64,000 nucleotides of DNA from an uncultured Candidatus Berkelbacteria bacterium (GTDB taxonomy: Bacteria > Patescibacteriota > UBA1384 > UBA12157), in contig CAIRFN010000013.1 of the NCBI GenBank assembly GCA_903877885.1, positions 2,754 to 66,753 on the forward strand. Direction: 5' to 3'. The notes beneath the pieces are model-generated. The model was not told the DNA's origin. It was given only the letters and a program-made list of their open reading frames with translations, and did not search any database. Made by a program: the position numbers and the translations under genes. Within the stretch, counting starts at the first letter, position 1, and the number at the start of each line of letters is the position of its first letter. This document shows positions 8,329 to 18,372 of the stretch, one piece after another.

Positions 8329-11137
8329 ATTTCAAAACTTCGGCGAGAAATTGGCCAGTGTATGATTTTTCTATTTTAGCGATTTCTTCGGGAGTGCCGG
8401 CGGCAATTAATTTTCCACCATTGTCCCCGCCTTCGGGACCCAAATCGATTAAATAATCAGCAGTTTTTATAACATCTAAATTATGTTCAATTACCACGAC
8501 TGAATTTCCGGCATCAACCAAACGATGCAACACTTCCAACAATTTTTTAATATCTTCAAAATGTAAACCTGTTGTTGGTTCGTCCAAAATATACATAGTC
8601 CGACCAGTGCCGCGTCGCGCCAGTTCTGTCGCCAACTTCACCCGCTGGGCTTCGCCGCCAGACAAAGTCGTAGCCGCTTGGCCCATTTTAATATAGCCCA
8701 AACCAACGTCAACCATGGTTTGCAAAATGTCGGCAATTTTCGGAATATCGGTAAAAAATTCGTGTGCCTCTTCGATTGTCATATCTAAAACATCGGCAAT
8801 ATTTTTATTTTTATATTTAACCGCCAATGTTTCACGATTAAAACGTTTGCCAGCGCAAACTTCACACGGGATGTAAACATCGGGCAAAAAATGCATTTCG
8901 ATTTTAATAATGCCATCGCCATCACAATTATCGCAGCGGCCGCCGGCCACGTTAAAACTAAATCGTCCTGGCATGTAGCCACGAAGCTTGGCGTCTTTAG
9001 TTTGCGCAAAGAGTTCCCGAATATGCGTAAAAACGCCGGTGTAAGTCGCCGGATTTGACCGCGGCGTCCGACCAATCGGACTTTGATCAATATCAATCAC
9101 TTTATTTAAATGTTCGACTCCTTCGATTCGCGCGTGTTTGCCGGGACGCTCTAATGAGCCTTGCAATTTTCGAGATAAAGATTTAAATAAAATTTCATTA
9201 ACCAAACTGGATTTTCCCGAGCCGGAGACGCCGGTCACACAAGTCAAAACGCCAAGTGGAAAATGCACGGTTAAATTTTTCAAATTGTTTTCGGTCGCAC
9301 CGATAATCGTTAAAAATTTCCCTTTGATTTTACGGCGAGTTTTGGGAATGGCAATTTTTCGCACACCGCTCAAATATTGGCCAGTAATCGATTTTTCCAC
9401 AGCAATAATATCTTCAACCGAGCCTTGAGCCACAATTTCACCGCCCAAACGACCAGCGCCGGGACCAACATCAATAATTTGATCAGCCTCGCGAATCGTT
9501 TCTTCGTCATGTTCAACCACTAAAACGGAATTACCTAGATCGCGCAAATGTTTAATTGTTTCTAAAAGTTTTGAATTATCGCGAGCATGAAGTCCAATCG
9601 ATGGCTCGTCCAAAATATACAAAACTCCCACCAAGCCAGAACCGATTTGAGAGGCCAAACGGATGCGTTGGGCTTCGCCGCCGGCGAGTGTATAGGCGGT
9701 GCGGTCGAGCGTTAAATAGCCTAAACCAACGTTGACTAAAAAGTTTAAACGATTTTTAATTTCCGTCAAAATTTTGTCAGCAATTAATTTTTCTTTAGTT
9801 GTTAAATCAATCGTTGCAAAAAATTCATGCGCGTTTTTAACCGACATGGCAGTCACATCAGCGATATTTAAATTATTAATTTTAATTAATAAAACTTCAG
9901 ACTTTAAGCGGCGTCCATCGCAAGAAGGACATGCCGAAATGCTCATATATTTTTCAATTTCTTTACGCACATTTTCACTTTCCGATTGACGGTAGCGTCG
10001 TTCCAAAAGCGGAATGACGCCTTCAAATTTGACATGAAAAACATTAGCCCGGCCGTGCGTAAAATATTTTACGCGCAAAACTTCCGGATTTTTTGTGCCA
10101 TACAAAAGTTCGTTTAAATATTCCGGCGCTAAATTGGAAATTGGCGCCAGTTCCGAAAAATTATATTTTTCCAACGCGGCTTTTAAAATCGAGCCATAAT
10201 AATTATTGGATTTATAATTTAGTGGCATAATCGCGCCAGCAGCTACAGACAAATTTTTATCTGGCACGACTAAATTGACGTCGATTTCTTTTTTAGTTCC
10301 CAATCCCCCGCAAGTGGCACAGGCGCCAAACGGCGAGTTAAAACTAAAAATGCGCGGTTCAATTTCGCCAAAATCGGTTTCATGATCGGGACAAGCTAAT
10401 TTTTGATTTAATAATAATTCGTTATCGCCATATAAAATTAAAAGTAAACCGTCGGCCAATTTCAGCGCCGTTTCAATACTTTCGGTCATGCGACCAATAT
10501 TGTCTGCAGAAATTATTAATTCATCAACAATAATTTCGATTGTATGATTTTTGTAACGCGCCAAAACAACTTGCGAATCTAAGTTCACAATCTTACCATT
10601 CACCCGCGCTTTAGAAAAACCTTTTTTGTAAAGATCATTTAATAATTGATGATATTCCCCTTTCCGACCACGAACAATCGGCGCCATAATTTTAATCGAA
10701 ATTCCCTCGCCCAAATCCAAAACTTTTTCCACCATTTGTTCAACTGATAATTTTTGAATTGGTTTACCGCAAACCGGACAATGTGGCACGCCAATGCGCG
10801 CAAATAAAACCCGCAAATAATCGTAAATTTCTGTCACTGTACCAACGGTTGAACGTGGGTTATGCGAAGCGGCTTTTTGATCAATGGAAATGGCCGGAGA
10901 GAGTCCTTCGATCGAATCGACATTTGGTTTTTCCATTTGACCCAAAAATTGGCGAGCATAAGATGAAAGTGATTCCAAATAGCGGCGTTGACCTTCGGCG
11001 TAAATTGTATCAAACGCCAAAGTAGACTTACCGGAGCCCGATAAGCCAGTCAAAACCACTAATTTGTTGCGCGGAATCGTGAGATCAACGTTTTTCAAGT
11101 TGTGCTCACGAGCCCCGCGAATAATAATTTCATCCAT
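8327..11137 (-). CDS. uvrA: excinuclease ABC subunit A
   Basis: Two ABC ATPase modules ([24 protein letters not shown]) and zinc fingers. Confidence 0.99.
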   Translation of the reverse strand: MDEIIIRGAREHNLKNVDLTIPRNKLVVLTGLSGSGKSTLAFDTIYAEGQRRYLESLSSYARQFLGQMEKPNVDSIEGLSPAISIDQKAASHNPRSTVGTVTEIYDYLRVLFARIGVPHCPVCGKPIQKLSVEQMVEKVLDLGEGISIKIMAPIVRGRKGEYHQLLNDLYKKGFSKARVNGKIVNLDSQVVLARYKNHTIEIIVDELIISADNIGRMTESIETALKLADGLLLILYGDNELLLNQKLACPDHETDFGEIEPRIFSFNSPFGACATCGGLGTKKEIDVNLVVPDKNLSVAAGAIMPLNYKSNNYYGSILKAALEKYNFSELAPISNLAPEYLNELLYGTKNPEVLRVKYFTHGRANVFHVKFEGVIPLLERRYRQSESENVRKEIEKYMSISACPSCDGRRLKSEVLLIKINNLNIADVTAMSVKNAHEFFATIDLTTKEKLIADKILTEIKNRLNFLVNVGLGYLTLDRTAYTLAGGEAQRIRLASQIGSGLVGVLYILDEPSIGLHARDNSKLLETIKHLRDLGNSVLVVEHDEETIREADQIIDVGPGAGRLGGEIVAQGSVEDIIAVEKSITGQYLSGVRKIAIPKTRRKIKGKFLTIIGATENNLKNLTVHFPLGVLTCVTGVSGSGKSSLVNEILFKSLSRKLQGSLERPGKHARIEGVEHLNKVIDIDQSPIGRTPRSNPATYTGVFTHIRELFAQTKDAKLRGYMPGRFSFNVAGGRCDNCDGDGIIKIEMHFLPDVYIPCEVCAGKRFNRETLAVKYKNKNIADVLDMTIEEAHEFFTDIPKIADILQTMVDVGLGYIKMGQAATTLSGGEAQRVKLATELARRGTGRTMYILDEPTTGLHFEDIKKLLEVLHRLVDAGNSVVVIEHNLDVIKTADYLIDLGPEGGDNGGKLIAAGTPEEIAKIEKSYTGQFLAEVLK

Positions 11138-11326
11138 GCAGATATTTCCTATTATATTCTGACTTTTTATTTTATCACATTTTTACAATAAAATCCATTA
11201 ATATAGTTAAATTTTCCCCATATGACTACCCTGGAAGTTACCTTCTGGTTTAATCTTGATTTTTTTCAACATTTCTGCTATTCTAACCTTATCCACGGAT
11301 GGAAATTCTATCTGGAGGCGAAACTT

Positions 11327-11551
11327 ATGACAGAACCTTTTTCTTGTTTTTTATGTGGTAGCGAAAAATTAGCAAATGGCGATTGTGCCAGCGTTAATTG
11401 TAGTTCAAATAAAAATAAATTTTATATCGGTGTTAAATCAACTGGAGGAAAAGATATCTTCTCTCCACCACTTGAGCACAATCCTTATATCAACATATTA
11501 GGCCCATATAAAACCAAAGAAAAAGCGAAGAAGATGTTGGATAAGCTATGA
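11327..11551 (+). CDS. small Cys-rich (zinc-ribbon-like) hypothetical protein
   Basis: GGAGG RBS before ATG 11327; CFLC...CASVNC. Confidence 0.5.
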   Translation: MTEPFSCFLCGSEKLANGDCASVNCSSNKNKFYIGVKSTGGKDIFSPPLEHNPYINILGPYKTKEKAKKMLDKL

Positions 11552-13540
11552 GATTTTAATTTTCTTTAGTTGATTAATTTCATCTCTAATTATCGCCGCC
11601 TGTTCGAACTGCAAGTTCTGGGCGGCATTTTTCATTTCTTTTTCTTTAGCTTTAATGATTTTCGGTAGGTCTGATAGATCCTTCACTTCGTTCAGGATGA
11701 CAGAAAGGTCGGTTTGCGCTGCTTTTTCTGTCAGTTCATGATCGATAATTGATTCGATATTTTTTTGAATTGTTTGTGGCGTAATATTGTGATCTTTATT
11801 ATATTGAGTTTGAATTTTGCGACGACGTTCAGTTTCATCAATCGCCCTTTTCATCGACCCGGTAATGTTGTCAGCATACAAAATCACTTTGCCGGAAACA
11901 TTTCGGGCCGCCCGACCGATAGTTTGAATTAGAGAAACATCAGACCGCAAAAAACCTTCTTTGTCCGCATCTAAAATGGCAACCAGTGTAACTTCCGGTA
12001 AATCCAAACCTTCGCGAAGGAGGTTTACGCCAACCAAACAATCGAACTCACCACGACGTAAATTTTCCAAAATTCCGACACGGTCAAGTGTTTGAATATC
12101 GGAATGTAAATATTCGGCTTTAACATCGGCTTCTTTTAAGTATTCCGATAATTGTTCAGCCATTTTTTTAGTAATAGTGGTAACCAAAATTCGTTCATGA
12201 TTTTTGGCCCGAACTTTAATTTCTTCGATCAAATCTTGAATTTGATTTTCCGCTGGCCGAATTTCTAATTCCGGATCAATCAAACCAGTTGGACGAATAA
12301 TTTGTTCAACAATATTGTTTTTGGATTTTTCATGTTCGTATTTACCGGGCGTGGCCGAGGTGAAAATGACTTGCGGAATACGGGTCTCAAATTCGTCAAA
12401 TTTAAGCGGTCGATTATCAAAGGCACTCGGAAGTCTAAATCCGTTTTCGACTAATGATTCTTTGCGCGCTCGGTCGCCTGCATACATACCACCGATTTGC
12501 GGCACAGTCACATGCGATTCATCAATCACCATCAAAAAATCTGGCTTACCATTCGTATCAACTGGAAAATATTCCAAAAGCGTATACGGCGCTTCGCCAG
12601 GAGCACGGTCAGTCATGTAGCGCGAATAGTTTTCTATTCCCGAACAATAACCGATTTCTTTCATCATTTCTAAATCAAAACGAGTGCGGCGTCTTAAACG
12701 CTCGGCTTCCAAAATTTTTCCATCTTTGGCAAATTCGGCCAAACGAATTTCTAAATCCTTTTCAATATTTTTAAGCGCGTCTTGCATTTTTGGATCTTCA
12801 ACCACAAAATGCTTGGATGCAAAAATGGTTGTTTCTTCCGGTGTGCCAATTTTTTTCATCGAAACAGCTTCAAATACAGCAATATTTTCCAAAATATCAT
12901 TGGTAAATTCCAATCGAAAAATAATATCTTGATCGACCGGCATAATTTCTATGGTCTGACCATGAACGCGAAACTTGCCGCGTTCGAGAATTTCACTGCG
13001 TGTAAAATACAAATCAATCAGTTGTTTAATAATCTCATTGCGATTATATTTTTGACCACGCTTTAAAAAAAGATAATTTGCGCGATAAGTTTTTGGATCG
13101 CCTAACCCGTAAATGCAAGAAACAGAACAGACAATAATCACGTCTTGGCGGGTCAAAAGTGCTTGAGTGGCGGCGTGGCGAAGTCGCTCAATTTCCTTGT
13201 TGATGTCGGCTTCCTTTTCAATATAGGTGTCGCTGGCTGCCATGTAAGCTTCTGGTTGATAATAATCATAGTAACTGACGAAATATTCAACCGCATTGTT
13301 TGGGAAAAAGGTGCGAAACTCGGAGCAAAGTTGGGCGGCCAAAGTTTTGTTGTGAGCAATTACCAAAGTTGGTTTTTGGATTTTTTCAATCACATTGGCA
13401 ATAGTGAAAGTTTTTCCCGATCCGGTCACGCCCAAAAGAGTCTGAAATTTTTCTCCAGACTTAATACCTTTGATCAACTTCTCAATTGCTTGAGGTTGGT
13501 CGCCAGCGGGCGCATATTTTGAATTGATTTTAAATTCCAT
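11546..13540 (-). CDS. uvrB: excinuclease ABC subunit B (start revised to 13540)
   Basis: GDQPQA, GVTGSGKT, YYDYYQPEAY, DESH, C-terminal UVR domain. Confidence 0.99.
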   Translation of the reverse strand: MEFKINSKYAPAGDQPQAIEKLIKGIKSGEKFQTLLGVTGSGKTFTIANVIEKIQKPTLVIAHNKTLAAQLCSEFRTFFPNNAVEYFVSYYDYYQPEAYMAASDTYIEKEADINKEIERLRHAATQALLTRQDVIIVCSVSCIYGLGDPKTYRANYLFLKRGQKYNRNEIIKQLIDLYFTRSEILERGKFRVHGQTIEIMPVDQDIIFRLEFTNDILENIAVFEAVSMKKIGTPEETTIFASKHFVVEDPKMQDALKNIEKDLEIRLAEFAKDGKILEAERLRRRTRFDLEMMKEIGYCSGIENYSRYMTDRAPGEAPYTLLEYFPVDTNGKPDFLMVIDESHVTVPQIGGMYAGDRARKESLVENGFRLPSAFDNRPLKFDEFETRIPQVIFTSATPGKYEHEKSKNNIVEQIIRPTGLIDPELEIRPAENQIQDLIEEIKVRAKNHERILVTTITKKMAEQLSEYLKEADVKAEYLHSDIQTLDRVGILENLRRGEFDCLVGVNLLREGLDLPEVTLVAILDADKEGFLRSDVSLIQTIGRAARNVSGKVILYADNITGSMKRAIDETERRRKIQTQYNKDHNITPQTIQKNIESIIDHELTEKAAQTDLSVILNEVKDLSDLPKIIKAKEKEMKNAAQNLQFEQAAIIRDEINQLKKIKIS
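11675..11702. repeat. family B palindrome in-frame in uvrB (SVILNEVKDL)
   Basis: Minus strand TGTCATCCTGAACGAAGTGAAGGATCTA, near-identical to the unit in iscS. Confidence 0.8.
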
Positions 13541-13548
13541 ATATCCTT

Positions 13549-13587
13549 TGTTATTCCGGTCAGGTTGGCAACCTAGAACCGGAATCC
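13549..13587. repeat. family B palindrome upstream of uvrB
   Basis: TGTTATTCCGGT...ACCGGAATCC. Confidence 0.65.
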
Positions 13588-13620
13588 AGTTCCCTGTTAT
13601 TCTATCACAAATCCCCAAAT

Positions 13621-13629
13621 TTATCCACA
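13621..13629 (+). promoter_or_regulatory. perfect DnaA box
   Basis: TTATCCACA between uvrB and the divergent gene. Confidence 0.45.
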
Positions 13630-13631
13630 TG

Positions 13632-13680
13632 TTGACATCAAGAGAGAGAGAGTAAATTTAAGGTGGAAGGGATCACCTTT
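13632..13680 (+). promoter_or_regulatory. promoter with (AG)6 spacer tract and leader hairpin
   Basis: TTGACA-15 nt including (AG)6-TAAATT, then AAGGTG...CACCTT hairpin; repeated at 29609-29663. Confidence 0.7.
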
Positions 13681-13707
13681 CTAAAATTAAATAAGAGGAG
13701 GCAAACC

Positions 13708-14472
13708 ATGTCAGACGAAACTTTACAACCGGAAGATGTAGAAAATTTTGTAGCACAAACTAATAATGCGCAAGCAATAGAAACAACAGAGAAAGTTAGA
13801 ACTAGAGAATCAGAGATTCAAACCAATATTGATTTCTGGAAAAACTTGGCATTAGAAGGTATAGAAGTTAATGAAAATGAAATTCGAGCCGCTATTGAAG
13901 TCCTACCAGAAGTCGAAGGGTTTGACTGGTATATCGCCATTCCTGAAGGTGTCAAAACGTCCGAGGTTTGGCAAAAAGTAATCACGCGTTATCCCAACGA
14001 TCCGTCTTTAAATGAATTAAATGGTCTAAAATTGCCACGCGAAACCAAAGAAACCTTTGCTGTGGCTGCCAGGTACAGCAAAAAACCAGACGCTGTCCGC
14101 GAAGAAGGACTAGTCAAATCAGCCAAGGATTGGGAGCGATCAATGTCGGTCTATGAGTCTCCAAATTGGGAAATAGCTGAACACACCTACATGTCTCCCT
14201 TGGAAAGAGTAGTGGCAGAACTGCGCTGGAACGCTGAAAACGGCACTCATTTAGATGAAGGAGATGAGATCACTTTTTGTCCCGGGTCCCGGACAACTGA
14301 CGGTCGTGTCCTTGGCATGCACTTTAACACCTTATATAACAATTGCACCTTCAATAGTTATGATCCTTCCACTAAAAAATGGAATTTAAGAGTCCGCCAG
14401 GTCGTAACTAAAGACACTAAAGTTGAATCAAATACTAATTTCTTTGAACAACGGCCATATCCTACAAAATAG
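13708..14472 (+). CDS. hypothetical protein, paralog of 29689..30501; C-terminus resembles CLec-fold DGR target proteins
   Basis: GGAGG RBS; MSDETLQPE N-terminus shared with paralog; LD...TFCPGSR..DG.V...LRVRQVV. Confidence 0.8.
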   Translation: MSDETLQPEDVENFVAQTNNAQAIETTEKVRTRESEIQTNIDFWKNLALEGIEVNENEIRAAIEVLPEVEGFDWYIAIPEGVKTSEVWQKVITRYPNDPSLNELNGLKLPRETKETFAVAARYSKKPDAVREEGLVKSAKDWERSMSVYESPNWEIAEHTYMSPLERVVAELRWNAENGTHLDEGDEITFCPGSRTTDGRVLGMHFNTLYNNCTFNSYDPSTKKWNLRVRQVVTKDTKVESNTNFFEQRPYPTK

Positions 14473-14537
14473 TCATGTAGCCCTGAACTTAACAAAAATG
14501 ACGCTATTACGTCTGAAACCCCGACTCAATAAATTTT

Positions 14538-14577
14538 ACCCGCAAAGCAATTCGAAAGAAACGCAATGCGGGTTTTT
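14538..14577 (+). terminator. terminator hairpin with CGAAAG apex
   Basis: ACCCGCA...TGCGGGT plus T-tract; homologous hairpin at 30518-30558. Confidence 0.75.
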
Positions 14578-14595
14578 AAATTGAAATGATTTTAT

Positions 14596-14640
14596 AGATT
14601 GCCACGCTTCCCGCCCGCCGGCGGATCGCTCGCAATGACA
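14596..14640. repeat. family B palindrome with nested family C (CCGCCGGCGG) unit
   Basis: AGATTGCCACG...CTCGCAATGACA, the inverse of the unit at the mnmA N-terminus. Confidence 0.8.
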
Positions 14641-14654
14641 AAAAAATTATTTTT

Positions 14655-14740
14655 CTAACCTGTCACAGCCCACTTCGGAAGTGGGCTATATGGTTAAAGT
14701 TTAGTCCGTTACCACCTGGGAGGTGGCAACATATGGTTAG
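14655..14740. repeat. family A hairpin doublet
   Basis: AGCCCACTTCGGAAGTGGGCT plus GTTACCACCTGGGAGGTGGCAAC; homologous to 30565-30649. Confidence 0.88.
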
Positions 14741-14755
14741 AGAAAAAATCTAATC

Positions 14756-14778
14756 AAAAAGGCTACCCAAGGGCAGCC
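14756..14778 (-). terminator. intrinsic terminator of the small acidic gene
   Basis: Minus strand GGCTGCCC-TT-GGGTAGCC plus TTTTT. Confidence 0.7.
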
Positions 14779-14804
14779 CATTTGATTTTTGTCTTCGATT
14801 TTAA

Positions 14805-14942
14805 CTATTCTGGCATGTCTTCTTCATCGGCTTCTTCTTCTGCGCCTTCGTCTTCTTCCGCGTCTTCTTCACCAGCAACTTCATCTTCTTCAGTTTCTTC
14901 TACTTCTTCTTCATCAACTTGTGGGGTCATATCATCTGTCAT
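14805..14942 (-). CDS. 45-aa extremely acidic small protein (absent from ORF track)
   Basis: MTDDMTPQVDEEEVEETEEDEVAGEEDAEEDEGAEEEADEEDMPE*; AGGAGG RBS; downstream terminator. Confidence 0.8.
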   Translation of the reverse strand: MTDDMTPQVDEEEVEETEEDEVAGEEDAEEDEGAEEEADEEDMPE

Positions 14943-15041
14943 GATACCTCCTGTTCGCCCTTTTCGTCAGACGAAAATCGGGCCTTAATCTTTATTTGAG
15001 CTTATTATCTCGAATTAGAATTAGCTTGTCAATAACCAATT

Positions 15042-16259
15042 TTACAGGTCAATTTCCGAAATTTTAACGATTTTTGTACCATCTACATCGGCGATTTCCA
15101 CGCCACCTTGCTCTAACGATTTTTTAGAAATAATGATGCGAGTTGGCGCGCCAACTAAGTCGGCTTCGGCAAACTTTTCACCAGCAGATGTGTCGCGATC
15201 GTCAAACAAAACGTCGAAACCTTTTTTAGTTAGATCGTCATAAATTTTTTCCGCTTCAGTATTTTCGCCTAAAGAAATTAGGTGTACATCAAACGGCGCC
15301 ACTTCTTTTGGCCAAACCATTTTATTTTTAGCCGAATCATAATAAACTTCGACAATTGTGGCCATCGATCGAGTCAGCCCAATACCATAACAGCCCATGA
15401 TAAAGATTTGCTCTTTACCATCCTTATCGGTAAATGTGGCATTCATCGGCGCCGACCATTTTGTTTTTAACGGAAAGATATTACCAACCTCCACTCCGCG
15501 GCTGACCAAAATTTTTCCGCCACAATCTGGACAATTATCACCTTCTTTAACTTCGGCAATTTCTTTATTGACTGCAAAATCACATTTATCACAATGATAA
15601 ATTGTGTCTTCGCCAACTTCGGTTAAAACTTGGAATTCATGCGAATACTTGGAAAAAATTCCTCCCGATGCCGCCACCAATTTGGCGTCCAGCCCTAAAC
15701 GCTTGAAAACATTGAAATAAGCTTGCTTAGATTTTTCATAAAAAACATTCAAATCTTCTTCCGAAGCATGAAAGCTATACATATCCTTCATGACAAATTC
15801 AATTCCTCGCAAAAGCCCAGATTTAGCCCTTGGCTCATTGCGAAATTTAGTTTGAATTTGATAAAGCGCCAACGGCAAATCTCGATATGATTTTATATGA
15901 TGTCTGACAATATCGATAATCTGCTCTTCATGTGTTGGCGCCAATAACATTTCTTTTTTACTACTATCGGTCAGTTTGAAAAATATATCAATTGCCGATT
16001 CCCACCGACCGGTTTCAACCCAAAGTTCTTTCGGTTGCAAGACATTCATTAATAATTCTTGACCGCCAAGCGCGTTCATTTCTTCTCGAACAATTTTTTC
16101 AATTTTTTTGTAAACCTTAAACCCAAGCGGCAATAAAGCATATGCTCCGGACATTTGTTTTTGCGCAAAACAAGCTCGGACAAAATAAGAAGCATTAATC
16201 GAGTCGGCGTCAGCCGGCGTTTCTTTCAGGGTTTTAAGAAATAATTTTGATTGAAGCAT
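15042..16259 (-). CDS. proS: proline--tRNA ligase (short form, no editing domain)
   Basis: LAPTHEE, FRNEPRAKSGLLRG, MGCYGIG, anticodon-binding domain. Confidence 0.96.
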   Translation of the reverse strand: MLQSKLFLKTLKETPADADSINASYFVRACFAQKQMSGAYALLPLGFKVYKKIEKIVREEMNALGGQELLMNVLQPKELWVETGRWESAIDIFFKLTDSSKKEMLLAPTHEEQIIDIVRHHIKSYRDLPLALYQIQTKFRNEPRAKSGLLRGIEFVMKDMYSFHASEEDLNVFYEKSKQAYFNVFKRLGLDAKLVAASGGIFSKYSHEFQVLTEVGEDTIYHCDKCDFAVNKEIAEVKEGDNCPDCGGKILVSRGVEVGNIFPLKTKWSAPMNATFTDKDGKEQIFIMGCYGIGLTRSMATIVEVYYDSAKNKMVWPKEVAPFDVHLISLGENTEAEKIYDDLTKKGFDVLFDDRDTSAGEKFAEADLVGAPTRIIISKKSLEQGGVEIADVDGTKIVKISEIDL

Positions 16260-16268
16260 GATTTCTCC

Positions 16269-17327
16269 TTAGAAAAAGTTTTTTACATCTTTAAAAGTAA
16301 TGGCAATGAAAAGTAGAATCAGCAAGGCGAAACCGATTAAATGAATAATATTTTCGATTTCGGCTCGAACAACCTTGCGACGAAAGGTGCCTTCCAAAGC
16401 GAGAAATAAAATTTTGCCACCATCAAGCGCCGGAAATGGTAAAATATTCACAATTCCAAGGTTGATCGAAAGCAAAATTACTAATTGCAAAACATAAATC
16501 CAGCCAATTTTGATTGCTTGAGCGGTAAAGTTAAAAAGTCCAACCGGACCAACTACACCTTCGGCAGCCGCGCCAGCATGACCAGTGGTAAAAAAGCTTT
16601 TGATGATATTACCTAAAAAGCTAAACAAAGCACCGATGGCCAAACCAGTTTCCTTAATACTGGAAATAAAAGCTTGTCCAACCGGTTGTTTAACCTTGGT
16701 TATCGGCACGATACCGACGCCCAAGGGCGAATTAATATCGTTAGATAATTTGATTTTTAAATCTTTATTTTTACCATCGGCTTGAAGCGAAACCGTCACT
16801 TCTTGACCAAGATGCGAATGGGTAAATTGTTGCAAATCTGTGGTCGAGGAAAAGCCGTTGATAATGTTGTTTTCGCTAATTCCAGCCTGCGCCGCGGGCG
16901 AATTTGGATAAACATAAGTCACCATCACTTTTGATTCTTTAGTGCCAACCATATTTGCCGGGTCGGAAACAAGCGGCGTCATGCCAATAGAAAAACCAAT
17001 GGTCATTAAAACAATGGCCAAAATAAAGTTCATTATAACACCAGCCACCACCACTGCAATTCGCACCCGAACTTTTTTATGGTTGAATGAATCTGGACTT
17101 TTTGAATCTTCTTCCTCGCCCAAAAGTTTAACATAACCACCGAGCGGAATGGCGTTGATCGCATAAACCGTACCTTTTTTCTTCCAAGAAATTAATCGTG
17201 GCGGAAAACCAAAAGCGAACTCTTCCACTTTAATACCAAAAAGTTTGGCAACGATAAAATGACCAAACTCATGAACAAAAACGAGTACACCCAAGATTAC
17301 AATAAAAGTAATAATAGTTAAAAACAT
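16269..17327 (-). CDS. rseP: RIP metalloprotease RseP (M50)
   Basis: HEFGH, PLGGYV, PDZ, NILPFPALDGG. Confidence 0.95.
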   Translation of the reverse strand: MFLTIITFIVILGVLVFVHEFGHFIVAKLFGIKVEEFAFGFPPRLISWKKKGTVYAINAIPLGGYVKLLGEEEDSKSPDSFNHKKVRVRIAVVVAGVIMNFILAIVLMTIGFSIGMTPLVSDPANMVGTKESKVMVTYVYPNSPAAQAGISENNIINGFSSTTDLQQFTHSHLGQEVTVSLQADGKNKDLKIKLSNDINSPLGVGIVPITKVKQPVGQAFISSIKETGLAIGALFSFLGNIIKSFFTTGHAGAAAEGVVGPVGLFNFTAQAIKIGWIYVLQLVILLSINLGIVNILPFPALDGGKILFLALEGTFRRKVVRAEIENIIHLIGFALLILLFIAITFKDVKNFF

Positions 17328-17335
17328 AATTGTTT

Positions 17336-17893
17336 TTACATTGTCATTAATTCTTTTTCTTTGGCTTCGGCTAATTCCAGAATTTTTTTATTAAAATCAG
17401 CGATTTCTTTATTCAACATTTCTTCACCGCGATAGCGATCGTCTTCAGTTAAAACGCTTTCTTTAACCAAGCCCAAGATTTCTTTCCACGCTTCTTCGCG
17501 CAAATTTCTAAGCACAATGCGGCTAGCTTCCGCTTTTTGGTTAACAATTTTGACAAATTCTTTGCGACGTTCCTCGGTCATTGGCGGCAAAGAAATTCTA
17601 ACCACCCGACCATCGTTGGTCACGCCAACACCCAAATTAGCATTGCGAAGTGCGGTTTCAATATCGCCAAGAGAATTAACATCCCAAGGTTGAATCACAA
17701 TCAAAGTTGCCTCTGGCGTATTTACATTAGCCATATTTTTAAGCGGCGTTTGCGCGCCATAATAAGAAACCATAATATTATCAACCAGACCGGAACTAGC
17801 TTTGCCAGTCCGAATCGTTGAGAGTTCTTCTTTCATTTTACCGACAACTTCGTCCATTTTTGGTCGAAGTTTATTGATAATTGGTTGTAACAT
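17336..17893 (-). CDS. frr: ribosome recycling factor
   Basis: IRTGKA, IQPWD, PPMTEERRK. Confidence 0.97.
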   Translation of the reverse strand: MLQPIINKLRPKMDEVVGKMKEELSTIRTGKASSGLVDNIMVSYYGAQTPLKNMANVNTPEATLIVIQPWDVNSLGDIETALRNANLGVGVTNDGRVVRISLPPMTEERRKEFVKIVNQKAEASRIVLRNLREEAWKEILGLVKESVLTEDDRYRGEEMLNKEIADFNKKILELAEAKEKELMTM

Positions 17894-17912
17894 GGAACCT
17901 CCCTAAATTGAT

Positions 17913-18371
17913 CTATTTTTCTTCGCCTAATTCAAATCGCACAAAACGAGTCACTTGAATATTTTCGCGGATTTTACCAATCAAAGATTTGATGTAATCA
18001 TCAATTTTCATTGAGGAATCTAAAATATAATCTTGGCTTAAAAGTTCTTCAACATCTTTTGGGCTCATCGAAGCAATTTGCATCGCCAAGTTATGAGCCA
18101 TCGCTTTAAAATCAGCATTTTTAGCCACAAAATCGGATTCGCATTTGACTTCAATCAAAACGCCAATCTTGCCAGCATGAACATAACCTTCAACAATTCC
18201 TTCAGCGGTCGCCCGTTCGGCTTTCTTTTTAGCAATTGTACCGGCATTGGTAGCTAAAATCGCTTTGGCTTTATTAAAATCGTTCCCCGCTTCTTCGAGT
18301 GCTTTTTTACAATCCATAACGCCAGCGCCGGTTTCCTCGCGGAGTTTAGCAATATCTTCTGAAAGACTCAT
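17913..18371 (-). CDS. tsf: elongation factor Ts, short form (start revised to 18371)
   Basis: KLREETGAGVMDCKKAL, ESDFVA, VTRFVRFELGE. Confidence 0.96.
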   Translation of the reverse strand: MSLSEDIAKLREETGAGVMDCKKALEEAGNDFNKAKAILATNAGTIAKKKAERATAEGIVEGYVHAGKIGVLIEVKCESDFVAKNADFKAMAHNLAMQIASMSPKDVEELLSQDYILDSSMKIDDYIKSLIGKIRENIQVTRFVRFELGEEK

Positions 18372-18372
18372 T

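Noticed and set aside
8785..13522. Numerous short antisense or alternate-frame ORFs within uvrA and uvrB
   Set aside because: They overlap well-supported genes and have no RBS or motifs.
14655..14740. Hairpin doublets as a mini CRISPR array
   Set aside because: The units differ in sequence, have no unique spacers, and match the RAYT-flanking hairpin family.
14782..14988. Ser-rich plus-strand ORF from the track
   Set aside because: It is the antisense shadow of the acidic minus-strand ORF, which has the RBS and terminator.
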